Shown here: positions 10,029 to 19,813 of the stretch, one piece after another | How the letters are laid out: each line of letters starts with the position of its first letter | Numbering within the stretch: the stretch's first letter is position 1 | DNA from: a virus | Taxonomy: Duplodnaviria > Heunggongvirae > Uroviricota > Caudoviricetes | Reading direction: 5' to 3' (one strand) | DNA length: 36,344 nt | IMG/VR virus record: IMGVR_UViG_2541047905_000018 | Program-made: the position numbers and the translations under genes | The notes under the pieces: generated by a model | Database searches by the model: none | Told to the model about the DNA's origin: nothing | The model's input: the letters and a program-made list of their open reading frames with translations, nothing else

Positions 10029-10369
10029 CAGTTCACCACCTGCTCAATCGTACAGCTGAAATCACTGTACCGGGCGTTATCCGTGACGCTCCACTCCCGA
10101 CACACCACCCTCACCGTCCGGTTATGTTTCGGCGGTCGCCACAAAAAGGCACGGTAACCACCATGCCAGGATAAAAATTCATCCAGCCAGCGCCGGGTTG
10201 ACTCATCCGTCACCCGGAACACCGCCTGAAACGTCTTCAGTTGAGGATTCAGTCCTGTGGGGCGGCGCTGTTCATAACCGTCACCAAACCGAACCCTCAC
10301 CACCGACGGTTTCTCACTCACCTGCATCCCTTCACGCGGGACCAGATGCAGCGTTTTTATCTCAGCCAC
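10028..10369 (-). CDS. M: minor tail protein M
   Basis: 113 aa in the lambda M position, with M-like sequence (HLVPREGMQVSEKPSVVRVRFGDGYEQR). Confidence 0.9.
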   Translation of the reverse strand: MAEIKTLHLVPREGMQVSEKPSVVRVRFGDGYEQRRPTGLNPQLKTFQAVFRVTDESTRRWLDEFLSWHGGYRAFLWRPPKHNRTVRVVCREWSVTDNARYSDFSCTIEQVVN

Positions 10370-13300
10370 TCAGCATTCCTCCGTCACGTCGCATGGACAG
10401 CATCACCGCCTGCACCCGCTGGTCAATCAGCTGCACAAGACTGCCTGCCGCCTCCGGCCCTATCTGTCCGTTAGCCCCGTCATTCTGAATGGCGATGTGG
10501 TAGACCGGGGAATACACCAGACCGGCGCTGCCGTTCATACTGCCCACCGCGCGTACGCCCAGCGAGCCATCCGCCGCCCGGGTCAGGGGCATAATGGCTT
10601 CAGGTCCGGCTTCCCCCATCAGCCCGGCCCCTTTTGCAAACGCAAAGTACGTGGGCGTGTCCACAATGCTGTTGCTGTACGCACTCAGATTTGCCGATGT
10701 GTAAACACCACCTTTTGCGTTTGCCACTGCCCCCGAAATCCATCCGCCGACCGTACCAAGCCACCCTCCGGCACCGGAGAGTGATTTCAGTCCGTTAACA
10801 ATGGCTGCATTCATCAGAATTTTTGAAACTTCCCGGAGAACTGAACTCCCCCAGTTCCTCCAGTCCACAACATTCCCGGCCAGTGCATCGGAAATATTTG
10901 ATACCAGCCCGTCCATCGTGGAAACGACAGCATCTGCCGCCTGCGAAGCATAATCGGTGGCACTGTCTGCCCAGTTCGTCAGCCCCTCTTTGAGCCCGGC
11001 ATTCCAGTTACTGCGTAAAGCATCAGCCTTTGCATAATAATCCTGCTGATCGCTGAGACGCTCTTCCAGATATTTTTTATTCAGCTCTTTCTCCTGTTTC
11101 CACAGGGCTTCTTCAATTTCTCCGGCCTGATACTGTCTCAGTAGCTCGTTATTTTTCTGCTCAAACTCCTGCCGGATGCTCCACATTTCCTGAAGTCGTT
11201 CACGCATCCGTGAGCCTTCACCATATCCCAGTAACTGAGCCTCATTTGATGCTCTGACACTGGCATTACTGTCCGCCAGACTGCTCTCATACGCAGCAAG
11301 CTGCTCACGAATCTTTTTCTGGTCGATAAGTGCTGCATTCTGCAAAAGCGTTTTTTTCTGCGCTTCTGACAGGGTTGATAATTCGCCCTGACTGACCTGA
11401 TATTTCATCTTAGCCAGTTCAGTATTCTGCCCTGCCAGTGCTATCTGTTCTTTTTGCTGTTTAATCAGCCGTTTATAAATATCCTCTGTTTTTTCCGCTT
11501 CGGTCTTTTTATGCGCTTTGGGTTTATTTGCCTGGTTATTTCGCCATGCATCCAGTGAGTTATTTATATAATTCAGTCTTGCTGTCTGATACGCCTCTCC
11601 CACAAAGCCGAGATCATCCGCAGCATAACCCAGGCGGGCACGCTCACGAGCTTCCCCCTTCAGGCGGGACAGAGCCAGTTCGCGCTCGCTGTTATTCAGT
11701 GCGGTCTGCTGTTTATCATCCAGGGTTGCCTGTGGTAGCCGTAACGGTACATTCACCAGCCCCTGTCGCTGCTGAAGTAATTCATTACCGAGCCCGAGAA
11801 GGCGATTAAACTCGGTATGCTGCCCATTCATGATCAACAGGGACTGATACGCTTTGTTTTGTTCCGCTGCCTGTTGACGGATCAACGCCACCCGTCGCTC
11901 CTCCAGCCCGGCAAGCACATCCTGAATGGATTGCGCTTTGCCCTGCATTTGAGTGAGGCGAGACTGTTCAACTGCCAGTTGATTTGTTGCTTCTGCAAGC
12001 CCTTCTGTGACAGTTTTTACCGACGTCATGTGGTTAATCATAAAACCGTTATCGGTTGTCCAGCCCGGGTTTGCCAGCACATACTGATAGCCAGCAATTT
12101 TTTCCTGTAAGGATTTAATCTTACTTTTCTGCTCGTCAATTAACCTGTTTTGCTCCTTCAGTGCCTGTCGCGTCTTTTCCTCATTATCTGACGCTTCAGG
12201 AAGCGACATTGCCGACGTTTTCTGGCGAATTTCGTCGATTGTTGCGGCATACTGGCGTGCAGATTCTCTGGCCTGCTCCTGATTCTGATACATCGTGTAC
12301 CAGGCCGCAGCCCCCAGCATGACGAGTCCCGGCACACCACCAACCAGCCCCAGCGCGCCACTTAATAAACGACTCCCCACTGACGTAACATTATTCAGCG
12401 TTGTCTGTGCCGCTGTTCTGGCCGCAATATTACGGGTAAGTGACACCTGGGCAGCTGTCAGCTTCGCTTCTGCTGCGGCCTGCCTTTCGGTACCGCGAGC
12501 AGCAACAACCGCCTGTTGCGCACGATAAACCGCCGCACGCGCCCTGGCGGTTGCTATCTGTGTCCCCCGAAGTTGCACTTCAGCAAGAGCCACTTCGTTT
12601 CTGGCTGCAGTAATTAATCCGGCAGTTGCAGATCCAGCAGACGACGCCATATTGCCAAAATATCGGGCTACCCCGACGGCAACCAGAGCACCGGCAGCGG
12701 TTGCCACGGTGTCAATATTGCCTGCAATACCATTCAGCACACCGGAGAGCGTCTTCGTCACTCCGCTTGCCTCGTTCGCACCACCAACCCAGGCCATAAA
12801 GGCGTTTTCAACTTTGGTTGCAGAGGATGAAACCGTATCAGGCATTGCCGCATATTCATCACGTAATGCCCCAAGCTGACTAATCAGTGCAGGAACAACC
12901 TTATCGGCGGTCAACTTTCCGTTATCCGCCATGGCCTTCAGATCCTTACGGGCAACTCCCATTCCCGCAGCCAGAGCACGAATAACACGATCGCCGTTCT
13001 CATTCACCGAGTTAAACTCTTCACCGCGCAGCACTCCCTGCGCCAGAGCCTGACTGAACTGCGTGATCACCGAACTGGCTTCTGCTGTACTGGCACCGGA
13101 TAATTTCAGGCCCGTGGAGATCGCCTCGGTGACTTTCAGTACCTCCTCAGAACTGTAACCATACTCCCGCATGGAAGCTGCAGAGCGGGCAAAAAGGCTG
13201 GCGTTATCAGAAAAAGCCGTCCCCGTTCTCTGGCTGATCGCCATTAATTCACGCTGTGATGACTGAAAATCATCACTGGACTGTGAGGCCTGCTTCAGAC

Positions 13301-13595
13301 GGGCATTTACTGAATTCCACTCATCGGCGAGAGAAATAAGATGACCGGTAGCAAAAGCCCCGGCAAATGCCCCCGCCATGTTCAGTGCCGAAGATTTAGC
13401 TGTATTTATCTGATCCGTCACTTCTGCCAGTGCACGCCGCATTTCACGGGATGCAGCAGCGGACTGTCGGCCTCCGTTCTGCATGGTACGGTAGTAATCC
13501 TGCCCCATACGCGAAGCCCGGGAGATCTCTGACTGGAATGACCGGGAATTTGCCGAGATTTTAATAATCAGTTCACGTAATGTCGCCACACTCAT
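10362..13595 (-). CDS. H: tail tape measure protein (H)
   Basis: 1077 aa, alpha-helical and Ala/Gln-rich. It sits between G-T and M. The C-terminal region resembles lambda H. Confidence 0.9.
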   Translation of the reverse strand: MSVATLRELIIKISANSRSFQSEISRASRMGQDYYRTMQNGGRQSAAASREMRRALAEVTDQINTAKSSALNMAGAFAGAFATGHLISLADEWNSVNARLKQASQSSDDFQSSQRELMAISQRTGTAFSDNASLFARSAASMREYGYSSEEVLKVTEAISTGLKLSGASTAEASSVITQFSQALAQGVLRGEEFNSVNENGDRVIRALAAGMGVARKDLKAMADNGKLTADKVVPALISQLGALRDEYAAMPDTVSSSATKVENAFMAWVGGANEASGVTKTLSGVLNGIAGNIDTVATAAGALVAVGVARYFGNMASSAGSATAGLITAARNEVALAEVQLRGTQIATARARAAVYRAQQAVVAARGTERQAAAEAKLTAAQVSLTRNIAARTAAQTTLNNVTSVGSRLLSGALGLVGGVPGLVMLGAAAWYTMYQNQEQARESARQYAATIDEIRQKTSAMSLPEASDNEEKTRQALKEQNRLIDEQKSKIKSLQEKIAGYQYVLANPGWTTDNGFMINHMTSVKTVTEGLAEATNQLAVEQSRLTQMQGKAQSIQDVLAGLEERRVALIRQQAAEQNKAYQSLLIMNGQHTEFNRLLGLGNELLQQRQGLVNVPLRLPQATLDDKQQTALNNSERELALSRLKGEARERARLGYAADDLGFVGEAYQTARLNYINNSLDAWRNNQANKPKAHKKTEAEKTEDIYKRLIKQQKEQIALAGQNTELAKMKYQVSQGELSTLSEAQKKTLLQNAALIDQKKIREQLAAYESSLADSNASVRASNEAQLLGYGEGSRMRERLQEMWSIRQEFEQKNNELLRQYQAGEIEEALWKQEKELNKKYLEERLSDQQDYYAKADALRSNWNAGLKEGLTNWADSATDYASQAADAVVSTMDGLVSNISDALAGNVVDWRNWGSSVLREVSKILMNAAIVNGLKSLSGAGGWLGTVGGWISGAVANAKGGVYTSANLSAYSNSIVDTPTYFAFAKGAGLMGEAGPEAIMPLTRAADGSLGVRAVGSMNGSAGLVYSPVYHIAIQNDGANGQIGPEAAGSLVQLIDQRVQAVMLSMRRDGGMLSG

Positions 13596-13605
13596 TCTCC
13601 GGACG

Positions 13606-13627
13606 AAAAAAAACCGCCGAAGCGGTT
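13606..13627 (-). terminator. terminator-like UUCG-tetraloop hairpin with a U-run between T and H
   Basis: The minus strand reads AACCGC-ttcg-GCGGTT followed by T8, and then GGAGA-ATG of H. Confidence 0.45.
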
Positions 13628-13635
13628 ATGTTGAC

Positions 13636-14324
13636 TCACTGAGACACTATTAAAAGCGCGTTTTCCAGTCCGGCAAATGGATCTGAGACGCCTTCTGTCT
13701 GCTCCTGCTCCCACTGAAGAAGCGCATCATTCAGTGGCACTTTGACCCCCTGCGCACCGTAAACAGCTGAAACAATCTGGGCAGCCCGGATATCAGCCCG
13801 CTCGTCACCCAGCGGGCTGAACCTGTCAAATTCTGCCCACATCATGATTTCTGATGCGGACATTTCCCGGCGTAACTCTGACAATGTGCGCCCCATCCTG
13901 AGCGCCAGCATCATCAGAAAACGCATCCCCGGAAGCGCTACTTTTTTTTAACCTCGCCGGCATCACTGATCAGTTCCAGAGACTGCCGAAGAAGCCGCGC
14001 ATGCACCGGGCCATACACGGCAATCACCTGTTCACGATCATCCTCTGAAAATACGGGTTGCAGTCCGGTATCACACAGAACATCAATGAACAGTTCAACA
14101 TCTGCCTCCAGATTTCGGCGGGCGCGCTCCGCAACGGATAACGGTGTCTCATCATCTTTTGCTTTAACGATCTCCTGCCAGCGCAACCAGGCTTCTGCAG
14201 AAGGTTCCCGTAACACAACCGTTGCTCCCTCCCATTCAGGCACATCAACGGTTTTATGGCGAAACCCCGACATCGTTGCCAGTGCCAGATTACGGATATT
14301 TTTAGTCATCACATCCATCCTCAT
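13636..14324 (-). CDS. tail assembly chaperone G-T fusion, made by a -1 programmed frameshift
   Basis: The zero frame ends ...GTT AAA AAA AAG TAG. Slipping -1 on A_AAA_AAG (13947-13941) reads GTA GCG CTT CCG GGG ATG CGT..., i.e. VALPG-MRFLMMLALRMGRTLSELRREM, which is the T-family ORF at 13636-13926. Confidence 0.75.
13938..14324 (-). CDS. G: tail assembly chaperone G
   Basis: ORF directly after V and before T. The real start may be the ATG at 14309 (MTKNIRN...), which has AGGA upstream. Confidence 0.75.
   Translation of the reverse strand: MRMDVMTKNIRNLALATMSGFRHKTVDVPEWEGATVVLREPSAEAWLRWQEIVKAKDDETPLSVAERARRNLEADVELFIDVLCDTGLQPVFSEDDREQVIAVYGPVHARLLRQSLELISDAGEVKKK
13941..13947 (-). promoter_or_regulatory. 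-1 ribosomal frameshift slippery heptamer A_AAA_AAG
   Basis: The minus strand has an A8 run followed by G, one codon before the G stop codon. The -1 frame is open into the T ORF. Confidence 0.75.
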
Positions 14325-15028
14325 TAACTGACGGTTACAGTGCAGGAAGTAGAGGTCACTTTGTTAACCGGGCTTGCTGAATCAGAAATCTCGCAGGTAT
14401 ATGCACCCGCATCACCGGATACTGCCGATGCCTTACTGAACGTTGCCGCCGTCTGTCCGGAAACAGGAGAACCACCTTTCTTCCAGACATAAGAATAAGG
14501 CGGCATACCACCCGCAGCCTCAACCGCCATTTCAAGTTTCGCTCCGGAAGCAACCCGCAGCGTGCTTTTTAAATTGGCCTTCACTTTCAGCGGCTCTGTC
14601 GTCAGCACAGGTTTACCTTTCAGACGCAGGGAAAACGTTGCAGCCACAACACCATTGGTTCCTGCAGACCAGGTATGCTGACGCACCTCTGCCATAAAGG
14701 TAAATCCGTTGCCTGACGGAAAAATAACTTTAAAGCCATACGTGGTGTCATTGTCATAGGCACTGCGCAACGCGTTCTGGGCAGCATTCAGATAAAAGTT
14801 GCCTGACATGGAAATCTCTGAAGCAGCCCCAAGGCCGTTAATATTTTCCTGCTCAACAGAACACAGCGTGGTGACATCAATATCCTGCTTTTGTCCTGCG
14901 GTAAACTGCACCTCTTTGATTGTACAGCTCAGGCCAAGATAGCTGGCAGAATCCAGGGTTTCTGCTGTTACCGGTGCAGACGAAATCATAATTTTCGTCA
15001 GTTGCGAACGCTCAAAATTAGAGGACAT
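14324..15028 (-). CDS. V: major tail protein V with a C-terminal Ig-like domain
   Basis: I set the start at the ATG at 15028 (MSSNFERSQLTK...), which has AGGAG upstream. The C-terminus ...PPYSYVWKKGGSPVSGQTAATFSKASAVSGDAGAYTCEISD... looks Ig-like. Position is before G. Confidence 0.85.
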   Translation of the reverse strand: MSSNFERSQLTKIMISSAPVTAETLDSASYLGLSCTIKEVQFTAGQKQDIDVTTLCSVEQENINGLGAASEISMSGNFYLNAAQNALRSAYDNDTTYGFKVIFPSGNGFTFMAEVRQHTWSAGTNGVVAATFSLRLKGKPVLTTEPLKVKANLKSTLRVASGAKLEMAVEAAGGMPPYSYVWKKGGSPVSGQTAATFSKASAVSGDAGAYTCEISDSASPVNKVTSTSCTVTVS

Positions 15029-15045
15029 ACTCGTCTCCTGAAAAT

Positions 15046-15067
15046 AAAAAAACCCGCCAGCGGCGGG
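15046..15067 (-). terminator. terminator-like hairpin upstream of V
   Basis: The minus strand reads CCCGCC-gct-GGCGGG followed by T7, and then the SD and ATG of V. Confidence 0.45.
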
Positions 15068-15087
15068 TGGGTAAATCATTAACGACC

Positions 15088-15432
15088 TCAGGCTATTACC
15101 TGAAATTCAAGCGTGGCTCTGCTCAGACGGGAGTCAGGATCATACCCCTGCGTTTTAGAAATAACGGAGGGTGCCAGTTTTCTTACCGCATCAAGCGCCT
15201 GCTCACGAATATTATCTGCGTCATCAGGTACTGTCGCCCAGACATCGATCTGCACGGTAATTCTGGATTCAGCCTGCCCATCAAGCACATCAGATGCCGT
15301 GTCAGACACCACAGAAAACACCAGCCACGGCGGAGATACCGCAGGCTTTCCCTCCGTCAGCGGGACCACATAAGGATAAACCTGTCCTCCGGCCAGCTGA
15401 GACAACAGGGAATACAGTGTGCCCTCCCTCAT
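15088..15432 (-). CDS. tail terminator / tail completion protein (DUF3168, gpU-like position)
   Basis: 114 aa, in the HK97-type order between the gp10-like gene and the major tail gene. The sequence style (YPYVVP...PWLVFSVVSD...VQIDVWA) is typical of this family as I remember it. Confidence 0.7.
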   Translation of the reverse strand: MREGTLYSLLSQLAGGQVYPYVVPLTEGKPAVSPPWLVFSVVSDTASDVLDGQAESRITVQIDVWATVPDDADNIREQALDAVRKLAPSVISKTQGYDPDSRLSRATLEFQVIA

Positions 15433-15878
15433 TTACTTAAGACCTCATCAATAGCCTGATTCATTCGCTGTATGGCAACCTGCGCCGCCAGCTCCTCTGT
15501 CGTATCGAAAGCCGGACGAATGAATGGATGCGCGGGCATGTTTATCGTTCCCAGCTCCACAAAGCGCCAGTAAAATGCATTTCGGGGATCGCTGGCTTTC
15601 ATGCTGTTATCACTGTTTCCGGTTCGCAGGTTCCGTCCGCGAATGTGGACACCCGAGATAATTTCCCCCCGACGCTTTGAACGCTGAGTGAGAACAACCA
15701 CATTTTTCTTCAGTTTCCCGGTTCGCTCCGGCGCACGTTCAACAACTGCATCCCGCATAACTTCAGCACCGGCACGGGTGGCATCGCGCAGAACCTTATT
15801 GTTTTCTGCCCTGCTGAGCGCCTCCAAATCCCGTGCAATATCCGCCAGGCCGGAAAAATCAAGACTGAAATCCATCAC
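15429..15878 (-). CDS. HK97 gp10-family tail component
   Basis: 149 aa with motifs ...ERAPERTGKLKKN... and RFVELGTINMPAHPFIRPAF, characteristic of the HK97 gp10 family. It has 4-nt overlaps with both neighbours. Confidence 0.8.
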   Translation of the reverse strand: MMDFSLDFSGLADIARDLEALSRAENNKVLRDATRAGAEVMRDAVVERAPERTGKLKKNVVVLTQRSKRRGEIISGVHIRGRNLRTGNSDNSMKASDPRNAFYWRFVELGTINMPAHPFIRPAFDTTEELAAQVAIQRMNQAIDEVLSK

Positions 15879-16213
15879 ACATTTCCCTTCAGGCTGCAGA
15901 GCATTTCAAGCCGGGTAGCGCGTGCATCCGGTATTGGTGGACCTTCTATACCCAGAATCGCGCCTTTGAATGCACCGGTCAGCACTTTCAGACGTGAAGT
16001 CGCTGTCACATCGCGCCGGAATCTCATCCAGACTCTGACCGTAGCCTGAGCGGTTTCTGCTCCGCCTGAGATTATCTCCCTCCCGCTGATACCCTTAACT
16101 TCTGCCCATACGGTAGCTCCCTCCGTCACCGTCTCCACCGGATGCCCTGACGGAGAGCGGGCGGTGGTGACATTCAGAATAATTACGCGATCACGTAATC
16201 TGCCCGCCTGCAT
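15875..16213 (-). CDS. head-tail joining (head closure) protein
   Basis: 112 aa. MQAGRLRDRVIILN...VWAEVKGISGRE... is the typical phage head-tail joining family pattern. Confidence 0.8.
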   Translation of the reverse strand: MQAGRLRDRVIILNVTTARSPSGHPVETVTEGATVWAEVKGISGREIISGGAETAQATVRVWMRFRRDVTATSRLKVLTGAFKGAILGIEGPPIPDARATRLEMLCSLKGNV

Positions 16214-16221
16214 GTCTCCTC

Positions 16222-16539
16222 CTACAAAGGAATAAAACGATAAGGCTCCAGAAGAGAAGAAAAACCAAACGGGACTGGTGCCTTGCTGACATCTGAGGAA
16301 TTTTCCCGGTTTTCGTACCAGTGCCCGACCAGCAACATGAGCGCCAGCAAAACATCATCAGCTATAAGCACCCCTTCAGGATCACCTTCCGGCACCGTCT
16401 CCTCATAAAGCTTACGGTTGATAAAATTTTCTGCCTTGCGGCAGGCAGCCCGGAAATACAGCATCAGTAACTCATCATCAGTTGCATCATCTGTATCAAT
16501 ACGGCACTGCGCCCTGAGTTTTTCCACTATTGCTGCCAT
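16222..16539 (-). CDS. gp6-like head-tail connector protein
   Basis: I set the start at the ATG at 16539 (MAAIVEKLRAQCRIDTDDATDDELL...), which has AGGAG upstream. The longer ORF to 16719 overlaps the capsid gene and a terminator hairpin. Confidence 0.8.
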   Translation of the reverse strand: MAAIVEKLRAQCRIDTDDATDDELLMLYFRAACRKAENFINRKLYEETVPEGDPEGVLIADDVLLALMLLVGHWYENRENSSDVSKAPVPFGFSSLLEPYRFIPL

Positions 16540-16572
16540 CAGAAACTCCTGCCCGCAACACTGTGCGGGCAT

Positions 16573-16594
16573 AAAAAAACCGCGTCGGCGCGGT
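16573..16594 (-). terminator. rho-independent terminator / attenuator after the major capsid gene
   Basis: The minus strand reads ACCGCG-ccga-CGCGGT followed by T7. A second hairpin follows (GCCCGCA...TGCGGGC). Confidence 0.55.
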
Positions 16595-16615
16595 CTGTAA
16601 CTGAACAACGAGTGG

Positions 16616-17833
16616 TTATTTGCCAGTGAGCGCCTTGATGGCTGCCACATCTTCCAGCACACAGTCAAAACGATGGAAAGCCAGAAATGCCACCTGATCA
16701 AACTCAGCATAACGCTCAACCAGACGTTTCAGTTCCATATAAGTAACGCGGCGAATGATAAAGCGGTTGAAATCCCCCAGGAAAATGAATTTTTTTCCGG
16801 TACCAATCCCGTCAATAGCCTGATCAATAACATAAGGGATCCCCAGCACAGTAGCCGGCGTACCGCCTGCAATATCCGGCAGCCATAACGGGCGTTTCTG
16901 TCCATCCTCCATCTCTTCAATAGTCTGCAATGTGGCATCATTGAATGCCCAGCGGTATTTCGGCCCACCACGATATGCCGGATCAATGGCATGTTTCAGG
17001 GCATTCATTTCTTTCCAGGTGAAAGCGGCAGAGGCTGCAGTCTGGATGGTTCCCGTCACCGACGCTGCCAGCCCTTTTGGCTGTAACGGTGATCCCGTTC
17101 CGGTCCCCTGAACCAGATATTTTGCCTCTCCACGACCAATACGCTGGGCAATACGGTTTGCCAGATAAGATTCAATATCCACCCCACTGTCCTGGAGCAG
17201 CTCATTGGACACACGAATTATTTTTGATGACAGCTTTTTAGCCCCCAGAATAGCGGTCCCGAACGTCACATCCTGTTCCGTTGCGGCTGTATTTTCCGCC
17301 AGCAGTTCGCCCTCTTCAGTCGTGCCATCAGACGTTGACCAGGTGATATCCTGCCCGGTTGATGTGGTCAGAAGTTGCGCCACACTGGCAATCCCGCCAT
17401 AAGCCTTCATGGTGTCAATGATTTTGTTACGCATCTGCGTGGGCACCGTATATCCGCCCTGAGAATCCGTTGTTACACTCTGAGCCCGCAGTTCACGCAT
17501 CAGATTACGCTCTTCAGCATTCAGTTCTGCAAATCCGGCACGCAGAAAACGGTTAAATGCCGCAGCGCGCTTCTCTTCCACCGCCTTTTTCCCGTTCTCC
17601 GCCTCATTATTCTGGCGCTCTTCCGGCCCGGACTCATCCACATATGCCTGATCCTGACGGCGCAACTCTTCTTCACGGGCGATTTGCTCATCCAGCGCAT
17701 CCAGCTCAGCTTTCGCCCTGTTCCACTCTGCCCGTTGCTCATCAGTCCATGCGTTATCACCAATTTTTTCATGCAGTGCACGCATATCCTTTGCAATGGT
17801 GTTTCGTTTTTGCTTCATCTCATGAAGTTTCAT
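16616..17833 (-). CDS. HK97-family major capsid protein
   Basis: 405 aa. It has a coiled N-terminal delta-domain-like region and a conserved core, and follows the protease. Confidence 0.95.
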   Translation of the reverse strand: MKLHEMKQKRNTIAKDMRALHEKIGDNAWTDEQRAEWNRAKAELDALDEQIAREEELRRQDQAYVDESGPEERQNNEAENGKKAVEEKRAAAFNRFLRAGFAELNAEERNLMRELRAQSVTTDSQGGYTVPTQMRNKIIDTMKAYGGIASVAQLLTTSTGQDITWSTSDGTTEEGELLAENTAATEQDVTFGTAILGAKKLSSKIIRVSNELLQDSGVDIESYLANRIAQRIGRGEAKYLVQGTGTGSPLQPKGLAASVTGTIQTAASAAFTWKEMNALKHAIDPAYRGGPKYRWAFNDATLQTIEEMEDGQKRPLWLPDIAGGTPATVLGIPYVIDQAIDGIGTGKKFIFLGDFNRFIIRRVTYMELKRLVERYAEFDQVAFLAFHRFDCVLEDVAAIKALTGK

Positions 17834-17847
17834 CGTCAGTAGTATCC

Positions 17848-18447
17848 TTATGCATTAAGAAGGGTCAAAAGACGCTCACGCGCCATTCGTTCGTTAACAG
17901 CTTTCTTCAGCGCACCACTCGCCCGCGCTTCCTGCCAGGCTTTCATTGAGCGGACACCAGAGTCTGCGTCCTGATAGGCCGGATATGTCACCGGGCTGAC
18001 GTCATACAGACGAGAAATGCGCGTGATTTCCCGGATAACAATCCCCTCGTCGTCTTCATACCAGCTCTCTCCGTCACGGGCGACACGAAACGCGAACGAG
18101 GACTGATTAATGTCACCACGCAACATTGGAGACAGCACCAGGTCACAAATAGTCGGAGTATCCGGTGCAACAATGTCATAACGTAAACCGCGTTCATCCA
18201 CCGACAATGACAACGTGCCGGCAGAACTTCGTCCGAGAATGAAATTAGGATCATGATTAAACAAGCCACGTACATCATCATTCAGTACATCATCAAAAGC
18301 CCCCGGCTTGATGATTTCACGAAATCCCCACAGAGGTTCTGAACGACTGTTAAATACCGAGCCATAGCCCAGAATGTGGGTCGGGGCATTATCATATTGT
18401 TCCGCCCGCACCTCCCCGCTGTAACAGCGCGTTTCACGGTCATTCAT
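17848..18447 (-). CDS. HK97-family prohead protease
   Basis: 199 aa. ...ILGYGSVFNSRSE...FNHDPNFILGR... is the typical S78/U35 protease pattern. It lies between portal and capsid. Confidence 0.9.
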   Translation of the reverse strand: MNDRETRCYSGEVRAEQYDNAPTHILGYGSVFNSRSEPLWGFREIIKPGAFDDVLNDDVRGLFNHDPNFILGRSSAGTLSLSVDERGLRYDIVAPDTPTICDLVLSPMLRGDINQSSFAFRVARDGESWYEDDEGIVIREITRISRLYDVSPVTYPAYQDADSGVRSMKAWQEARASGALKKAVNERMARERLLTLLNA

Positions 18448-19666
18448 CGTTCTTTTCCTCTTTGCCTTTCGTATCTTTAAAGTTATTCAACGGATTTGCT
18501 GCATTTACGCTGACCAGCATTTCATCCAGACCGTCAACCGGGTTCATATCCTCAAATGCCCTGGCTTCATTCCGGCTCATCCAGCCATCTGTAATGGCAA
18601 AGTGATAGAACTGCGCACGCTCCTGTGGGGTCCCACGGAGCAACCCCGTGAGGTTGAAGCGAACGTAATACCCGGCAGCCCGTTCTGTACGGGTAAACAG
18701 GCGACGGTTAAGCTCCTGCTCCCAGTTCGCAACCCAGGGCATCATCGTGTAGCGAACAAACTGAATCGCCTGCTGCGTAATATTCGAAAATGTGGCTTTT
18801 TCCAGGTCATTAATCATGTGCGCCGGGACATTAAAAATCCCGGCAATCATCGACCGGTTCAGCTTGGTCATATCAATGATCTGAGCATCCACCGGAGAAA
18901 CTGTCAGAGCGCGGTAATCCAGTTGCGCAGGCAGCAACATGGTTTTATTTTCCTGGCTGCGAAGCGCTGTCACCGCCCGCTGCCACATATTCTTGAGCCT
19001 GCTCCAACTCTGTTCGTTCAGTTCATTTTTCACAGAAATAATCCCGGCAGGACGGGCATTACCGTTAAAAAAAGCACTGGTATACTGCTGACCACTCATT
19101 CCCATACCAATGGTTTCAGCATGCTGCATGATCGGACTCAGTCCCATTTTCTGATTGTTTCCCAGCGCCCTGATATGGATCATGTCGTCCGGACTTACCG
19201 CAAATGCACCCTCTTCGTTATACACACCGTAGGTATGACGCCCTCCGGTGTTAAGTAACGTGGTTTCCCATGGCATACAGCATTCAAGACTGGTAACCTC
19301 GCCACGACGATTACGTTTCACCCACGTATAACCATTGCCCCACCCCAGCACATGACGCTGCTTCAGTTCCCGCCACTTATAGCTGGTCTGCCAGGCATTC
19401 GGTTCATCATGAACGAGCCAGAACAACGGGTGATCGCGTGCCGGCTGAACATGCTCATTCGTTTTTCGCATCACATGCAGGGGCATCTGAGCCACACTGG
19501 ATGAAATAACATAAATACAGGCATAGACAGCAGCCAGCCTCATGGACGTTTCCGGACTGACATACACATCCCGGGCAAAAATATTATCCGTCTCAGCGGC
19601 CTCTCCGGTTACCGGAACCGAGGGATTTTCCAGAGGCTCACTGCGAAACAGAGCATCAAGAAGCAT
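18440..19666 (-). CDS. HK97-family portal protein
   Basis: 408 aa. Assigned from position and family-like sequence. Confidence 0.95.
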   Translation of the reverse strand: MLLDALFRSEPLENPSVPVTGEAAETDNIFARDVYVSPETSMRLAAVYACIYVISSSVAQMPLHVMRKTNEHVQPARDHPLFWLVHDEPNAWQTSYKWRELKQRHVLGWGNGYTWVKRNRRGEVTSLECCMPWETTLLNTGGRHTYGVYNEEGAFAVSPDDMIHIRALGNNQKMGLSPIMQHAETIGMGMSGQQYTSAFFNGNARPAGIISVKNELNEQSWSRLKNMWQRAVTALRSQENKTMLLPAQLDYRALTVSPVDAQIIDMTKLNRSMIAGIFNVPAHMINDLEKATFSNITQQAIQFVRYTMMPWVANWEQELNRRLFTRTERAAGYYVRFNLTGLLRGTPQERAQFYHFAITDGWMSRNEARAFEDMNPVDGLDEMLVSVNAANPLNNFKDTKGKEEKNDE

Positions 19667-19796
19667 GTTTTCTCCTCATGGACACCACCAGTGCATAAAG
19701 CAGCAACAAACAGCCAGACAGCATCAGAGACGCTGGCAGACCTGCATACAGATAAACGCCAGCAGTGAGCAGACCGAAACCGATCAGCCCGGTCAT
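19656..19796 (-). CDS. possible small membrane protein between terL and portal (46 aa, or 53 aa from the GTG at 19817)
   Basis: My own translation is MTGLIGFGLLTAGVYLYAGLPASLMLSGCLLLLYALVVSMRRKHAS. It fills the terL-portal gap exactly and overlaps the portal ATG. It is too short for the supplied ORF track. Confidence 0.35.
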   Translation of the reverse strand: MTGLIGFGLLTAGVYLYAGLPASLMLSGCLLLLYALVVSMRRKHAS

Positions 19797-19813
19797 ATCA
19801 GTAATAAGCTGTT

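Noticed and set aside
9324-10157. 277-aa plus-strand ORF antisense to L and M
   Set aside because: It overlaps two lambda-homologous genes. Its composition is junk-like and it has no SD.
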